From an uncultured candidate division Zixibacteria bacterium (GTDB taxonomy: Bacteria > Zixibacteria > MSB-5A5 > GN15 > PGXB01), in contig OY969724.1 of assembly GCA_963702205.1 (NCBI GenBank), positions 512,001 to 576,000 of the forward strand: a DNA stretch of 64,000 bases, written 5' to 3'. Position 1 is the stretch's first letter; each line of letters starts with the position of its first letter. The notes beneath the pieces are model-generated. The model was not told the origin of the DNA, did not search any database, and saw nothing but the letters and a program-made list of their open reading frames with translations. The position numbers were made by a program, and so were the translations under genes. Positions 1-9,053 of the stretch are shown piece after piece.

Positions 1-2
1 AC

Positions 3-1265
3 CTCGTCCATCAGCCGGACTATTCCCAGGTCAACAACGGCGGCGAGCAGTACTATCCGTACCTGGCGCTGAAAGACATCGACGGCGACGGCCGTGACGA
101 AATCATCACGGGTACCGGCGGGACGACGCCGTACTATGTCATCTATAATTCCGACGGTTCTTTCAAATACGAAATGAACCAGTCGTACACGGGGTTTTAT
201 TTGTTTTTCAGTCTCGACGTCACCGGTGACAACGAGGACGAATTTTTCATGGCCGGGTCAGTCGATATGGGTCAGGCCAGCAAGCCATACGGTTTCCTGA
301 TCAAGAGAACCGGCTGGCTTTCGGGACAACAATTTCAGCCCTTTTTTATTACGGCCGCGGACGTTGACTATGACGGGCAGCGCGAAATAATCGTCTTCGG
401 TCCCGATCAGCAGCCCGGCGGCCACTATTGGATATACGCTTTCGAAGGCGACCTGAGCTATGTTCCGGGCTGGCCGCACGATACCGGTCTCGACAACGAT
501 ATTATAACTTCGCCGGTGTATTTCGGGGACGTCGACACCGACGGTACGCTCGAATATTTCCTGACCATGTGGGAGCTGTCCAACTCCAATGTTTTCGCCT
601 GGCACGACGACGGCTCGGCGGTCATGGGCGATTCACTGCTGGCCGTTTTCTGCGGCCCCGATAATCCCTCCATCCTGCGGGGGCCGATGATCGCCGATAT
701 AAGCGGCGACGGTTTCCCGGACATTGTCACCGTCGCGGCCCCGGACCTTTTCGGTACGTACAATATTACCCGCCTGGTCGCCTGGGACCGGTTCGGCGAC
801 GACCTTCCCGGTTTCCCGATCGTTACCGTCCCCGGCGGTGAATGCTGCGACAATCATTGGGTTCATACGCCGGTGATCGGGGATATAAACAAAGACGGCC
901 ACGTCGACATGGTGCTGACTACCGGCGCCAACGATTTGATATTTATCAATTTCGAAAACAGCTTTTACCACGATTATACCGTGCCGGTTTCGACCTGGAA
1001 GTACAATCGTCGTCTGAACGGCCTCGGCCCCGTCACGTCACCGGATTTTGTCTGCGGCGACTGCGATCATGACGGGCAGGTAAATCTGGTTGACATTCTG
1101 TATCTTATCAACTATCGCTACGGCAGTCCGCCGGGCCCCAGCCCGGTGCCGCAACAGGCGGGCGACGTAAATGATGATGGTGACGTCAATCTCATTGATA
1201 TTTTGTACCTGATAGATTTCGTGTACGGCGCCCCCCACGGCCCCGCCCCGAATTGCGGGGAATAG
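3..1265 (+). CDS. FG-GAP/VCBS repeat protein with C-terminal dockerin; 5'-partial
   Basis: Frame is open from the window edge (LVHQPDY...KDIDGDGRDEII...). Repeated DxDGDG/DxNxDG motifs; duplicated dockerin (GDCDHDGQVNLVDILYLINY...GDVNDDGDVNLIDILYLIDF). Confidence 0.85.
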   Translation, partial: LVHQPDYSQVNNGGEQYYPYLALKDIDGDGRDEIITGTGGTTPYYVIYNSDGSFKYEMNQSYTGFYLFFSLDVTGDNEDEFFMAGSVDMGQASKPYGFLIKRTGWLSGQQFQPFFITAADVDYDGQREIIVFGPDQQPGGHYWIYAFEGDLSYVPGWPHDTGLDNDIITSPVYFGDVDTDGTLEYFLTMWELSNSNVFAWHDDGSAVMGDSLLAVFCGPDNPSILRGPMIADISGDGFPDIVTVAAPDLFGTYNITRLVAWDRFGDDLPGFPIVTVPGGECCDNHWVHTPVIGDINKDGHVDMVLTTGANDLIFINFENSFYHDYTVPVSTWKYNRRLNGLGPVTSPDFVCGDCDHDGQVNLVDILYLINYRYGSPPGPSPVPQQAGDVNDDGDVNLIDILYLIDFVYGAPHGPAPNCGE

Positions 1266-1266
1266 T

Positions 1267-3177
1267 TTAATACCTTGTTCTTGTTGCCTTTAATCCGCTA
1301 TCCTTCAAAAATCTAGTGATGTTTCTTTCTCCGCTACCATTAACCCTGCCCATAAATCGCTGATCCCCGGTCCTTTTATCACAATAGGTTAAGAATAGCT
1401 TATGCCTCGTTCTTGTTATCGAAACGTATAATAGCCGCCGCTCATCTTCAATATTTTCCTCAATATTTTTCCCAGGTATTATCTCATCTTCTACTGCTAC
1501 TATAATTACAATATCAGCGCTTAGTCCTTTAGCTCTGTGCATAGTCATTACATTTACTGCGCCAGCAGTAAGTTCTTGTTCTGCCTTTGTAATTGTCATC
1601 GTTTGCACGTTTATTAATTCTGCAAATGTACTAACTTGAAATTCATTAATAATCCTATTTAAATATTGCTTAACTTTTTTCCTAATTCCCTTATCTATAA
1701 TTGCAATTTTAATCAATTTGGCCACTTTCTCAATAAATGGCCCATCCAAATTTATAATTTCGTTTTTATAGGCAATGATTTCACTGATCCGATTAGTTAC
1801 CCTTTTTGGATATTCAAGGATATTACCCTCGCAAATATTTTTAACTATATAACCAAAACGTTTAGCCCTTTTTGTTGCGTCCTTTCTCATAGAATCCAAA
1901 GTTGTTTTTCCTATACCGCTCGACGCATTTAGTAATGTATACCATGCAAGACTATCCCACTCATCACAAAATATTCTTATGTAAGCGAATAATACGATCA
2001 TATATTGATCTAATTCATTTTGTTCTGTCTTTATTGCACAATCAATGTCATAATCATTGCATTTATCAACAATTGGTCTTGATAATCTCGACAAATGATC
2101 GCTACGCATTAAAATCAATATTGTACTATTTGGGTCATTCCTTAATTCGTCATGACATTTATTGGCAATCCATTTTGCTTCTTTAATTTGATCATCAAAG
2201 CTCCAGAGCTCAACTGTACCATTGTCGGCGTCAGGACGCGCACTTACATTCTTTTCCAATCTTTCTGGATCCAACGAAGCGACAAAATCGGCTAATTCCA
2301 ATATACTTTTATCACATCTATAACAAGTATTAAGCTCAAACGTCTTGGCGGAATATTCCTTTGAATATTTCCTTATGCCATCAGGATTCGCATATCTAAA
2401 ACCATAAATACTCTGGTCATCATCGCCTGCCACAAAGATTTCTGACCCTCTATCTTTCAATTCTTTTATCACCGCGAGATCACAGCTATTTAAGTCTTGA
2501 TATTCATCAATTATTACATATTTGTATTTTTTCTCCAGCGTAAATCGCGAGTCTTGTTCCAATGCTTTTTTTAATTGATAAACTAGTTCACTTCTTAATG
2601 TATATCCAAATATATCTCTATGGGTATTCCATGCTCCTATAAATTGGGCATTTCTACATATATGATCATTTTGGGGCAAATCTATTTTCAAAGTCTCCCA
2701 GTCCGCTGATAATTGACTGAATAACTTTCTAATCTTTCTTAATTTGCTTTTAATGTTGGGCAAGACCTTAACCAAATGATTACTTAAATCATGTTTCAAA
2801 TTATCAAAAATAATATTTTCTTCTTCCCAATCATCGGCAATTCTAATAGGCCTTGGAAGTCGTTTTATTCTATGGCCATTCTTTATAATTTGCCTTAGTG
2901 CAAATGAATGCAATGTTGAAACGTAAGGGAAACCTTTCCCCAATTCTTCAAGTTCTTTGTTAACTTCTTGCCTAAGCTCCAGTGCACCTATTCTAGTAAA
3001 TGTCAATATTAATATATCGGAGGGTTTGACTTTATGGGAATAAATTAAGGAATATACTCTTCTGATTAATGTAAGGCTTTTTCCCGTGCCCGGACCAGAT
3101 AACAATAGGGCGTTTCTGCCATAATGTGACGCCGCATTAAGTTGATCGGTTGAGAGGCTTTTTTCCCAATTTTTCAT
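1267..3177 (-). CDS. UvrD/Rep/PcrA-family SF1 helicase, standalone and AT-rich
   Basis: Motifs SGPGTGKS, TFTR, STLHS, IIDEYQD, GDDDQSIYGFR, TMHRAKGL, ERRLLYVSITR. Confidence 0.93.
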   Translation of the reverse strand: MKNWEKSLSTDQLNAASHYGRNALLLSGPGTGKSLTLIRRVYSLIYSHKVKPSDILILTFTRIGALELRQEVNKELEELGKGFPYVSTLHSFALRQIIKNGHRIKRLPRPIRIADDWEEENIIFDNLKHDLSNHLVKVLPNIKSKLRKIRKLFSQLSADWETLKIDLPQNDHICRNAQFIGAWNTHRDIFGYTLRSELVYQLKKALEQDSRFTLEKKYKYVIIDEYQDLNSCDLAVIKELKDRGSEIFVAGDDDQSIYGFRYANPDGIRKYSKEYSAKTFELNTCYRCDKSILELADFVASLDPERLEKNVSARPDADNGTVELWSFDDQIKEAKWIANKCHDELRNDPNSTILILMRSDHLSRLSRPIVDKCNDYDIDCAIKTEQNELDQYMIVLFAYIRIFCDEWDSLAWYTLLNASSGIGKTTLDSMRKDATKRAKRFGYIVKNICEGNILEYPKRVTNRISEIIAYKNEIINLDGPFIEKVAKLIKIAIIDKGIRKKVKQYLNRIINEFQVSTFAELINVQTMTITKAEQELTAGAVNVMTMHRAKGLSADIVIIVAVEDEIIPGKNIEENIEDERRLLYVSITRTRHKLFLTYCDKRTGDQRFMGRVNGSGERNITRFLKDSGLKATRTRY

Positions 3178-3271
3178 AAAACCCCGATCTAGATATTCTT
3201 TTTAATACTAATTGCATTGACGATTTAATGCAAGCATAAAAACAATGTATATATAAATATCAAAACGTTTT

Positions 3272-4363
3272 TCACCGGCTCTTGCGGCGGTGGGTCATGA
3301 AATCATAGAAAATATAACTACCCAGGTTCTGGGCCGATGAAAAGTACGCCCGGCCGCGATTCAGTTCCGTCAGCTTGCGGACGAACTCCTGAAGATATGG
3401 ATCGTCGGTTATCATAAAAGTCGTAATCGGGATCTTCTTCTTACGGCAGACGATCGCTTCATCCAGAGTACGGTTCACTATCACCGGATCGAGCCCGACC
3501 GGATTTTTATACACGCGACCGGTATTGCGGACGATCATCGACGGTTTCCCGTCGGTAATCATGAAAATCTGCTTGTTGGCGTTCTTGCGCCGCAGAAGAA
3601 TGTTGCGGGCCATCTGAAGTCCCGCCTTGGTGTTGGTCATATACGGCCCGACGCCGACGTACGGCAGGTCTTTGACCTGCACCTCGCGGGCGTCATCGCC
3701 GAACAGTACTATATTTAGACTGTCGTGCGGATACTTGGTCATGATCATCTCGGCGAAAGCCATCGCGACCTGCTTGGCGGGCGTGATGCGGTCCTCACCG
3801 TATAAAATCATCGAATGCGAAATATCCAGCAGCACCACCGTCGCCGTGCTGGTGTTCTGCGAAGTATCGCGCACTTCGAGATCATCCTCGGACAGGTTCA
3901 TCCCCAGCGACCCCGACCGTACAATCGAATTAAAGAGCGACCCGGTTAAGTCGAGCGCCGCGAAATCGTCGCCGTAGACGTACGGCCTCTTTTCTTCGAG
4001 CTGTTCGACCGATTCACCGCCGCCAAAAGCCGTCTTGTGGTCGCCCGGCCCGGAGCGTTTGATATGCTCGAACACCTGCTCGAAAGCATCGCGCCTCAGT
4101 CCCCGCTCTCCTTTGCGGGTCAGGTTCGGTCCGGATTTGTCCCACCGGACCACGCCCTGCTTCTCCAGTTCCTTCTCGAACTCGTCGATATCGTATTCCC
4201 CGGGAATAATGCCCATATTCTGAAGCTGACGCATCAGCTTAAGAGCCAGTTTGACTTTGCCGTTGACCTGCAGCAGCAGGTAGTTGAAAATGGCCATGAG
4301 GCTTTTCATGTCCTTTAGCTGCTGCATAAGGGCATCGTCCCATCGCGAGTACAGAAAACGCAC
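3272..4363 (-). CDS. VWA-domain protein, partner of the upstream AAA+ ATPase
   Basis: MIDAS motif LLDISHSM, TN and ITDG motifs; GTG start 2 nt after the ATPase stop. Confidence 0.88.
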   Translation of the reverse strand: MRFLYSRWDDALMQQLKDMKSLMAIFNYLLLQVNGKVKLALKLMRQLQNMGIIPGEYDIDEFEKELEKQGVVRWDKSGPNLTRKGERGLRRDAFEQVFEHIKRSGPGDHKTAFGGGESVEQLEEKRPYVYGDDFAALDLTGSLFNSIVRSGSLGMNLSEDDLEVRDTSQNTSTATVVLLDISHSMILYGEDRITPAKQVAMAFAEMIMTKYPHDSLNIVLFGDDAREVQVKDLPYVGVGPYMTNTKAGLQMARNILLRRKNANKQIFMITDGKPSMIVRNTGRVYKNPVGLDPVIVNRTLDEAIVCRKKKIPITTFMITDDPYLQEFVRKLTELNRGRAYFSSAQNLGSYIFYDFMTHRRKSR

Positions 4364-4365
4364 GG

Positions 4366-5835
4366 TTAATTCCTCAAAATGTTTTGAATCATATCGGTAT
4401 ATATGAACTTATTGTCCGGCGATTCCTTGGCGATGACATTGTACCGGTGCAGGCCCTCGAGGATGAATTCCATCATCAGGTACGTTTCCTGGTCGTCTTT
4501 CGTTTTGTACAGGCTCTGAGCCAGTTTTTTCAGACCGGCGATTTCATCGAGCTTTTGTTTGTACTCATCGTACGGCGTCTCATCCGACAGCTCCAGCGAC
4601 TTGCCCGACGAGAAAAAGTCGGTCACCGCTTCGTAGACATTCTCCCGTGGTGCTAAATCTTCATTTTGCGGTCTTTCTTTGATCGGCGGCGGCAGGTGCC
4701 GGGAGAATACCGTTTTGATTGCCTCACCGATCAGATTTATGGCCAGAATGGTCGGACCCTCGAGCTCTCCCTCATAGACCAGCTCGACTTTCCCGACAAT
4801 CGATGCAATCACGGAGTACAGATCGCAAATGCGCGGGAAAAGGTCTTCTTCACCGTTGATGGCGGCGCGGCGTTCAATATTGGAAATAAGATTCTCATAA
4901 GCCGAAATCGGCAGGCGCGCCGAAACGCCCGAAGACTGATCGACATATTCGCTCTGGCGCGCTTCAAACGCGATCTGCTCGATAATATCGCGAATTATAT
5001 CGGGAATATAAACCTCTCGTCCGCGATCGGCCCACGCTTCCTGCACCGTGATCTTTTTCGCTTCGGAAATACTGTTGGGATAATGCGTGTTGATCTGCGA
5101 TGCAATCCGGTCTTTGAGCGGCGTGATGATATTACCCCGGTTGGTGTAATCTTCGGGATTGGCAGTAAACACCAGCATTATATCCAGAGGAACACGAATC
5201 GGAAAGCCGCGAATCTGAAGGTCGTTTTCTTCCAGGATATTCAAAAGCGAGACCTGTATGCGGGGCTGAAGGTCGGGCAGTTCGTTGATGGCGAAAATTC
5301 CCCGGTTGGTGCGCGGGATAATACCCCAATGAATGACTTCTTCATCGGACAGGTCCAGTTTCTCGCGCACGGCCTTGATCGGGTCGATATCACCGATCAA
5401 GTCACCGACCGAAACATCCGGCGTCGCCAGCTTTTCATGATAGCGCTCGTCCCGGTGCAGCCAGTCGATTTCGAGTTTATCGCCAAGTTCGGCGGCCAGT
5501 TTCTTATACCGCGCCGAAATTGGCGCCAACGGATTTTCATTCAACTTGCTGCCTTTGATGATCGGGATATATTCGTCGAGGAAATGCACCAACTGGCGGC
5601 AAATGCGCGTCTTGGCCTGTCCGCGAAGGCCGAGCAAAATGATATCGTGTCGCGATAATATCGCGTTTTCCAGCTGCGGCAGGACCGAGCGATCGTAACC
5701 GACTATACCGGGAAAACGCGGCTTGCCGTCCTTTATCTGTTCGATCAGATTTTTACGAAGCTCATCCTTTACCGAAAGGGGTGTGTATCCCGCTTTCTTC
5801 AATTCACCTGACGATTTAACTGCCTTCATATTCAA
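4366..5835 (-). CDS. Mg-chelatase-like AAA+ ATPase (Rv0958-like)
   Basis: Variant Walker A LLGLRGQAKT, variant Walker B FAINE, FTANPEDYTNRG; coupled to the VWA gene. Confidence 0.82.
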   Translation of the reverse strand: MNMKAVKSSGELKKAGYTPLSVKDELRKNLIEQIKDGKPRFPGIVGYDRSVLPQLENAILSRHDIILLGLRGQAKTRICRQLVHFLDEYIPIIKGSKLNENPLAPISARYKKLAAELGDKLEIDWLHRDERYHEKLATPDVSVGDLIGDIDPIKAVREKLDLSDEEVIHWGIIPRTNRGIFAINELPDLQPRIQVSLLNILEENDLQIRGFPIRVPLDIMLVFTANPEDYTNRGNIITPLKDRIASQINTHYPNSISEAKKITVQEAWADRGREVYIPDIIRDIIEQIAFEARQSEYVDQSSGVSARLPISAYENLISNIERRAAINGEEDLFPRICDLYSVIASIVGKVELVYEGELEGPTILAINLIGEAIKTVFSRHLPPPIKERPQNEDLAPRENVYEAVTDFFSSGKSLELSDETPYDEYKQKLDEIAGLKKLAQSLYKTKDDQETYLMMEFILEGLHRYNVIAKESPDNKFIYTDMIQNILRN

Positions 5836-5974
5836 AATCCTGTTTAATTGTCCATTGTCTGTTTACTTCAATAACAACATCTGCCCCCGGTCGGTTCGTA
5901 TTATTGCCCGACGGCGCGTTATAAATACGAAGACAATCGCAATTTGCGACGGTATTGCGGTTAAATTGCAATCA

Positions 5975-6019
5975 GGAAAATATAAAGGCAGGTGCCTGAG
6001 GGGACCTGACACCCGCCTT
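5975..6019 (-). terminator. Probable intrinsic terminator of the peptide-TPR/bEBP operon
   Basis: Minus strand AAGGCGGGTG...CACCTGCCTT stem followed by TATATTTT. Confidence 0.55.
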
Positions 6020-6074
6020 ATGGTGAGCCGCCCGGGCGGGCGGCTCGGTGGTGGAATCCCGTTAGGGATGGATG

Positions 6075-8309
6075 TTAGTTTAATGTCTCCGACAAACCGT
6101 AGCGTTTCATCTTCGCCCGGAATGTCGATTCGTGGATGTTTAACAATCGCGCCGCCTGTGACTTATTGCCTCCGGCCGTAACCAGGGCTTCGGTCAGGAG
6201 ACGCTTTTCAAATTGTTCGACTCGCTCGAACAGCGAACGTGTTTCTTCTTCGCGTTTTTCGTCGAAGAATGACCGGGCCAGTTCGAGATACGATCCGTCC
6301 TGGGCCATCGACGACAGCGCCGCCAGTTGCTTGACGCGGTTTTCCAGCTGTCGGACGTTGCCGGGCCAGTCGAATTCGACAAAGCGCTGCACCAGTTCCG
6401 GCTCCGGACCGCTGCCGTTGAGCATGTTGCGACGACGCATGAAGAGCTCCAAAAGTTGCGGAATGTCTTCCTTGCGCTCACGCAGCGGCGGAAGTTCGAA
6501 AGTGACACCGGCCAGACGATAGTACAAATCGCGACGAAAAGTGCCGGCCTCGACCATATCCGCCAGGTTGCGATTGGTGGCGGCGATGATAATAATGTCC
6601 AGCTTTATTTCGTCGGTACTGCCCAGCGGACGCAGCCTCCTGGATTCGATGACGTTCAGCAGCTTGGCCTGAAGTATCAGCGGCAGCTCGCCGATTTCAT
6701 CGAGAAGCAACACCCCGCCGTTGGCCTCGACAAAAAGTCCGGGCTGCGATGTATCCGCACCCGTGAACGCGCCGCGATGGTGCCCGAAAAGCTCCGATTC
6801 TATCAGAGTTTCGGGAAGAGCCGCGCAGTTGATGGCGACGTACGGTTTATCCGGCCGCGTGATTGAATGGAAATACCGCGCCAGGTAATCCTTGCCCGTC
6901 CCGGTTTCTCCCGTTAAAAGAATCGGGATATCCGTGTGGCGCAGCAGGTTCATCTGCCGGATAATCTGCTGCATGCGTTCGTTTTTGGTCGGAAATTCAC
7001 TGGCTTTTTCATTTGCTTGAGATTCTTTGGCCGAAGGAACCGCTACTTCGCAATCCCCAATCAACCTTTGTATCCCGAGCGCCTGTGCATCCAGACCGCA
7101 TTTATGATAGCGATCCTCGGCCCGGCAGAGATACATCATCTTTTGTCCGGACGTGAAGATTTCCGCGACACCGGCGTTGGCCAGCGTCTCGGCCAGCTCA
7201 AACGCGGCCTGACAATCTTCAAGGATGTTAATGGCGCGCCGGTATGATTCCCGCGCGGAGTCGACATGACCCAGGTTCAACTGGCATTCGGCGACTATGC
7301 GCGAGAGCGCCCCGATCTCGATAGTATCGTTGAGCTTTCGGAACAATACCAGGGCCTTGTTGGCGGTCGCCAGCGCCTTGCGATAATTGCCTCGGGTCAG
7401 CGATACCTCGGCCAGATGCCGTAACGGGCGGGCACTTAAAAACGACTGCGAGGCTATGCGTGAACCCTGCGCAAACGCCCTAATAAGAGTCTTTTCCGCC
7501 TCGTCGAGACGCCCTTCCTTGATAGCCAGTTCACCGGCGTACGTAAAATACATTACTTCTTCACGGTCCATCTTGTTGGAGCGGATATATTCATAACCGC
7601 GATCCAGCGACATGGCCGCACTGTCGAATTTGAGCTGCTGAATCTGGACGTAGCCCAGAGATAAATAGGCCCGGGCCAGATCTGTTTCATTATCGAACTC
7701 ATGCGACAGCTCGATATTCATCCGAATATTATCTTCGGCCTGGTCGAGTTTGCCCAGAAGGGTGTAAACACGACCGATGTTACCGAAAAGACAGGCAAGT
7801 CGTTTTTTATCACCGGCGCCTTTGGCCGATTCGACCGCATTTAAAAGATATTCCAGGGAACGATTGAGGTCGCCCCTGAAAAAATGGACTCCGGCCAGCC
7901 GATTGAGGGCCCGGCCGGTTCCGGAGATATTACCGTTTCGCCTGAATATCGATTCTGCATCGCGGAAAGACCGAACAGCTTCATCGTAGTTGCCCATATC
8001 TCGGAGGAGGTTTCCGAGAATAATATAACATTCAGCCAATTGGTCAGCTTCTCCTGAAGCATTAGAAATGACGGCTATAGCGCTTCTTATAAGTTGCAGC
8101 GCCTTGGGGAACTTGTGCGATGAGCCGTAGGCATTGGCCGCAAGACGCAAAATCATACCGCTCTCAATATCGTTGCCCGATATGACAGAGTCTGCCAGGG
8201 ATTCGAAATACTTGACGGCCTCGGCAAAATTGCGGTTGGCCACCAGGTTTTCCAAATACTTCAGGCAGCTGGCGCGGTACGTCTGTTCTGCGCTTACTGC
8301 ATGACTCAT
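6075..8309 (-). CDS. TPR-repeat sigma54-dependent enhancer-binding protein (TPR + AAA+ + Fis-type HTH)
   Basis: About 420 aa of TPR-like helical repeats; GETGTGKD, INCAALPETLIESELFG, GAFTGA, LLDEIGEL, RRDLYYRL, WPGNVRQL; HTH GNKSQAARLLNI. No receiver or TM domain. Confidence 0.93.
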   Translation of the reverse strand: MSHAVSAEQTYRASCLKYLENLVANRNFAEAVKYFESLADSVISGNDIESGMILRLAANAYGSSHKFPKALQLIRSAIAVISNASGEADQLAECYIILGNLLRDMGNYDEAVRSFRDAESIFRRNGNISGTGRALNRLAGVHFFRGDLNRSLEYLLNAVESAKGAGDKKRLACLFGNIGRVYTLLGKLDQAEDNIRMNIELSHEFDNETDLARAYLSLGYVQIQQLKFDSAAMSLDRGYEYIRSNKMDREEVMYFTYAGELAIKEGRLDEAEKTLIRAFAQGSRIASQSFLSARPLRHLAEVSLTRGNYRKALATANKALVLFRKLNDTIEIGALSRIVAECQLNLGHVDSARESYRRAINILEDCQAAFELAETLANAGVAEIFTSGQKMMYLCRAEDRYHKCGLDAQALGIQRLIGDCEVAVPSAKESQANEKASEFPTKNERMQQIIRQMNLLRHTDIPILLTGETGTGKDYLARYFHSITRPDKPYVAINCAALPETLIESELFGHHRGAFTGADTSQPGLFVEANGGVLLLDEIGELPLILQAKLLNVIESRRLRPLGSTDEIKLDIIIIAATNRNLADMVEAGTFRRDLYYRLAGVTFELPPLRERKEDIPQLLELFMRRRNMLNGSGPEPELVQRFVEFDWPGNVRQLENRVKQLAALSSMAQDGSYLELARSFFDEKREEETRSLFERVEQFEKRLLTEALVTAGGNKSQAARLLNIHESTFRAKMKRYGLSETLN

Positions 8310-8310
8310 A

Positions 8311-8670
8311 TTAATTCCCTTTCCCCGTAAGTGGACTTCCCGTCGATGTATTGGTGCTGCCCGACGAATTCTGCGTATCCTGCAGCTTGGTAGGGGTCGG
8401 CGTCGAATCGACGTTGGCGCTGAATATAATTATGAATCCAAAAGTGCCGCTCAGGTCGAAATAGAAATACTGACCCGGGGCCGTGCTGTACGTGCCGCCG
8501 GTATTATTGCCGTTATCAACGTAGAGTCCATCACCGCCCCACGGGTGCTCGTCCGTATCGGGTTCAATCCCGAGTCTGTTGACTATGGGATTGTAAGCCC
8601 CGAATGAGGTCGCCGCGATGGCCAGAACCATCACGACAACCATGCCAAAAATTGGAAGATACTTTTTCAT
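8311..8670 (-). CDS. Small secreted protein / candidate signalling propeptide (119 aa)
   Basis: RBS GAGGAG; signal peptide MKKYLPIFGMVVVMVLAIAATSFG; stop is 1 nt before the bEBP ATG. Confidence 0.8.
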   Translation of the reverse strand: MKKYLPIFGMVVVMVLAIAATSFGAYNPIVNRLGIEPDTDEHPWGGDGLYVDNGNNTGGTYSTAPGQYFYFDLSGTFGFIIIFSANVDSTPTPTKLQDTQNSSGSTNTSTGSPLTGKGN

Positions 8671-8779
8671 TTCTCCACTCCTCGCGAAATGTTTATGTTT
8701 GTAAATTATATATTCTTATCCCGGCTCTTAAATTCAGGCGGAAGGTTAGTTTGTGTGAAGCGGGATTCCATCCATATAT

Positions 8780-8808
8780 AAAATACGTCGTATTCGTAAT
8801 TGTGTCAA
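8780..8808 (-). promoter_or_regulatory. Sigma70-type promoter for the peptide-bEBP operon, with overlapping palindrome
   Basis: Minus strand TTGACA-N17-TATTTT; AATACG-T-CGTATT inverted repeat at 8782-8794. Confidence 0.55.
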
Positions 8809-9053
8809 GCGATTTTATGGTTTTCTCGATGAACAACAACGGGTTACAACGACACTCAAAACCCCGCGATGAGGCTTGGAAGGCCCTTCGGCGCGGTTTT
8901 GCGCCCCGATGCTGCCATGGTCGTACCCTCTTTATTCAAAAATATATTGCACAAGCACGCCGCCCGGTCGTCTGACATACCGGGATAAATATTACTCGGA
9001 TGTCGACTGAAAGGCAGTCCCCAAAAGGTAATTTATCGTACGGAGGGCAGTTA

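Noticed and set aside
8888..8917. Sigma54 promoters near the TPR-bEBP locus
   Set aside because: The plus-strand CGGCGCGGTTTTGC has GG-N9-GC spacing; the minus-strand TGGCAGCATCGGGGC has correct spacing but lacks the TT before GC.
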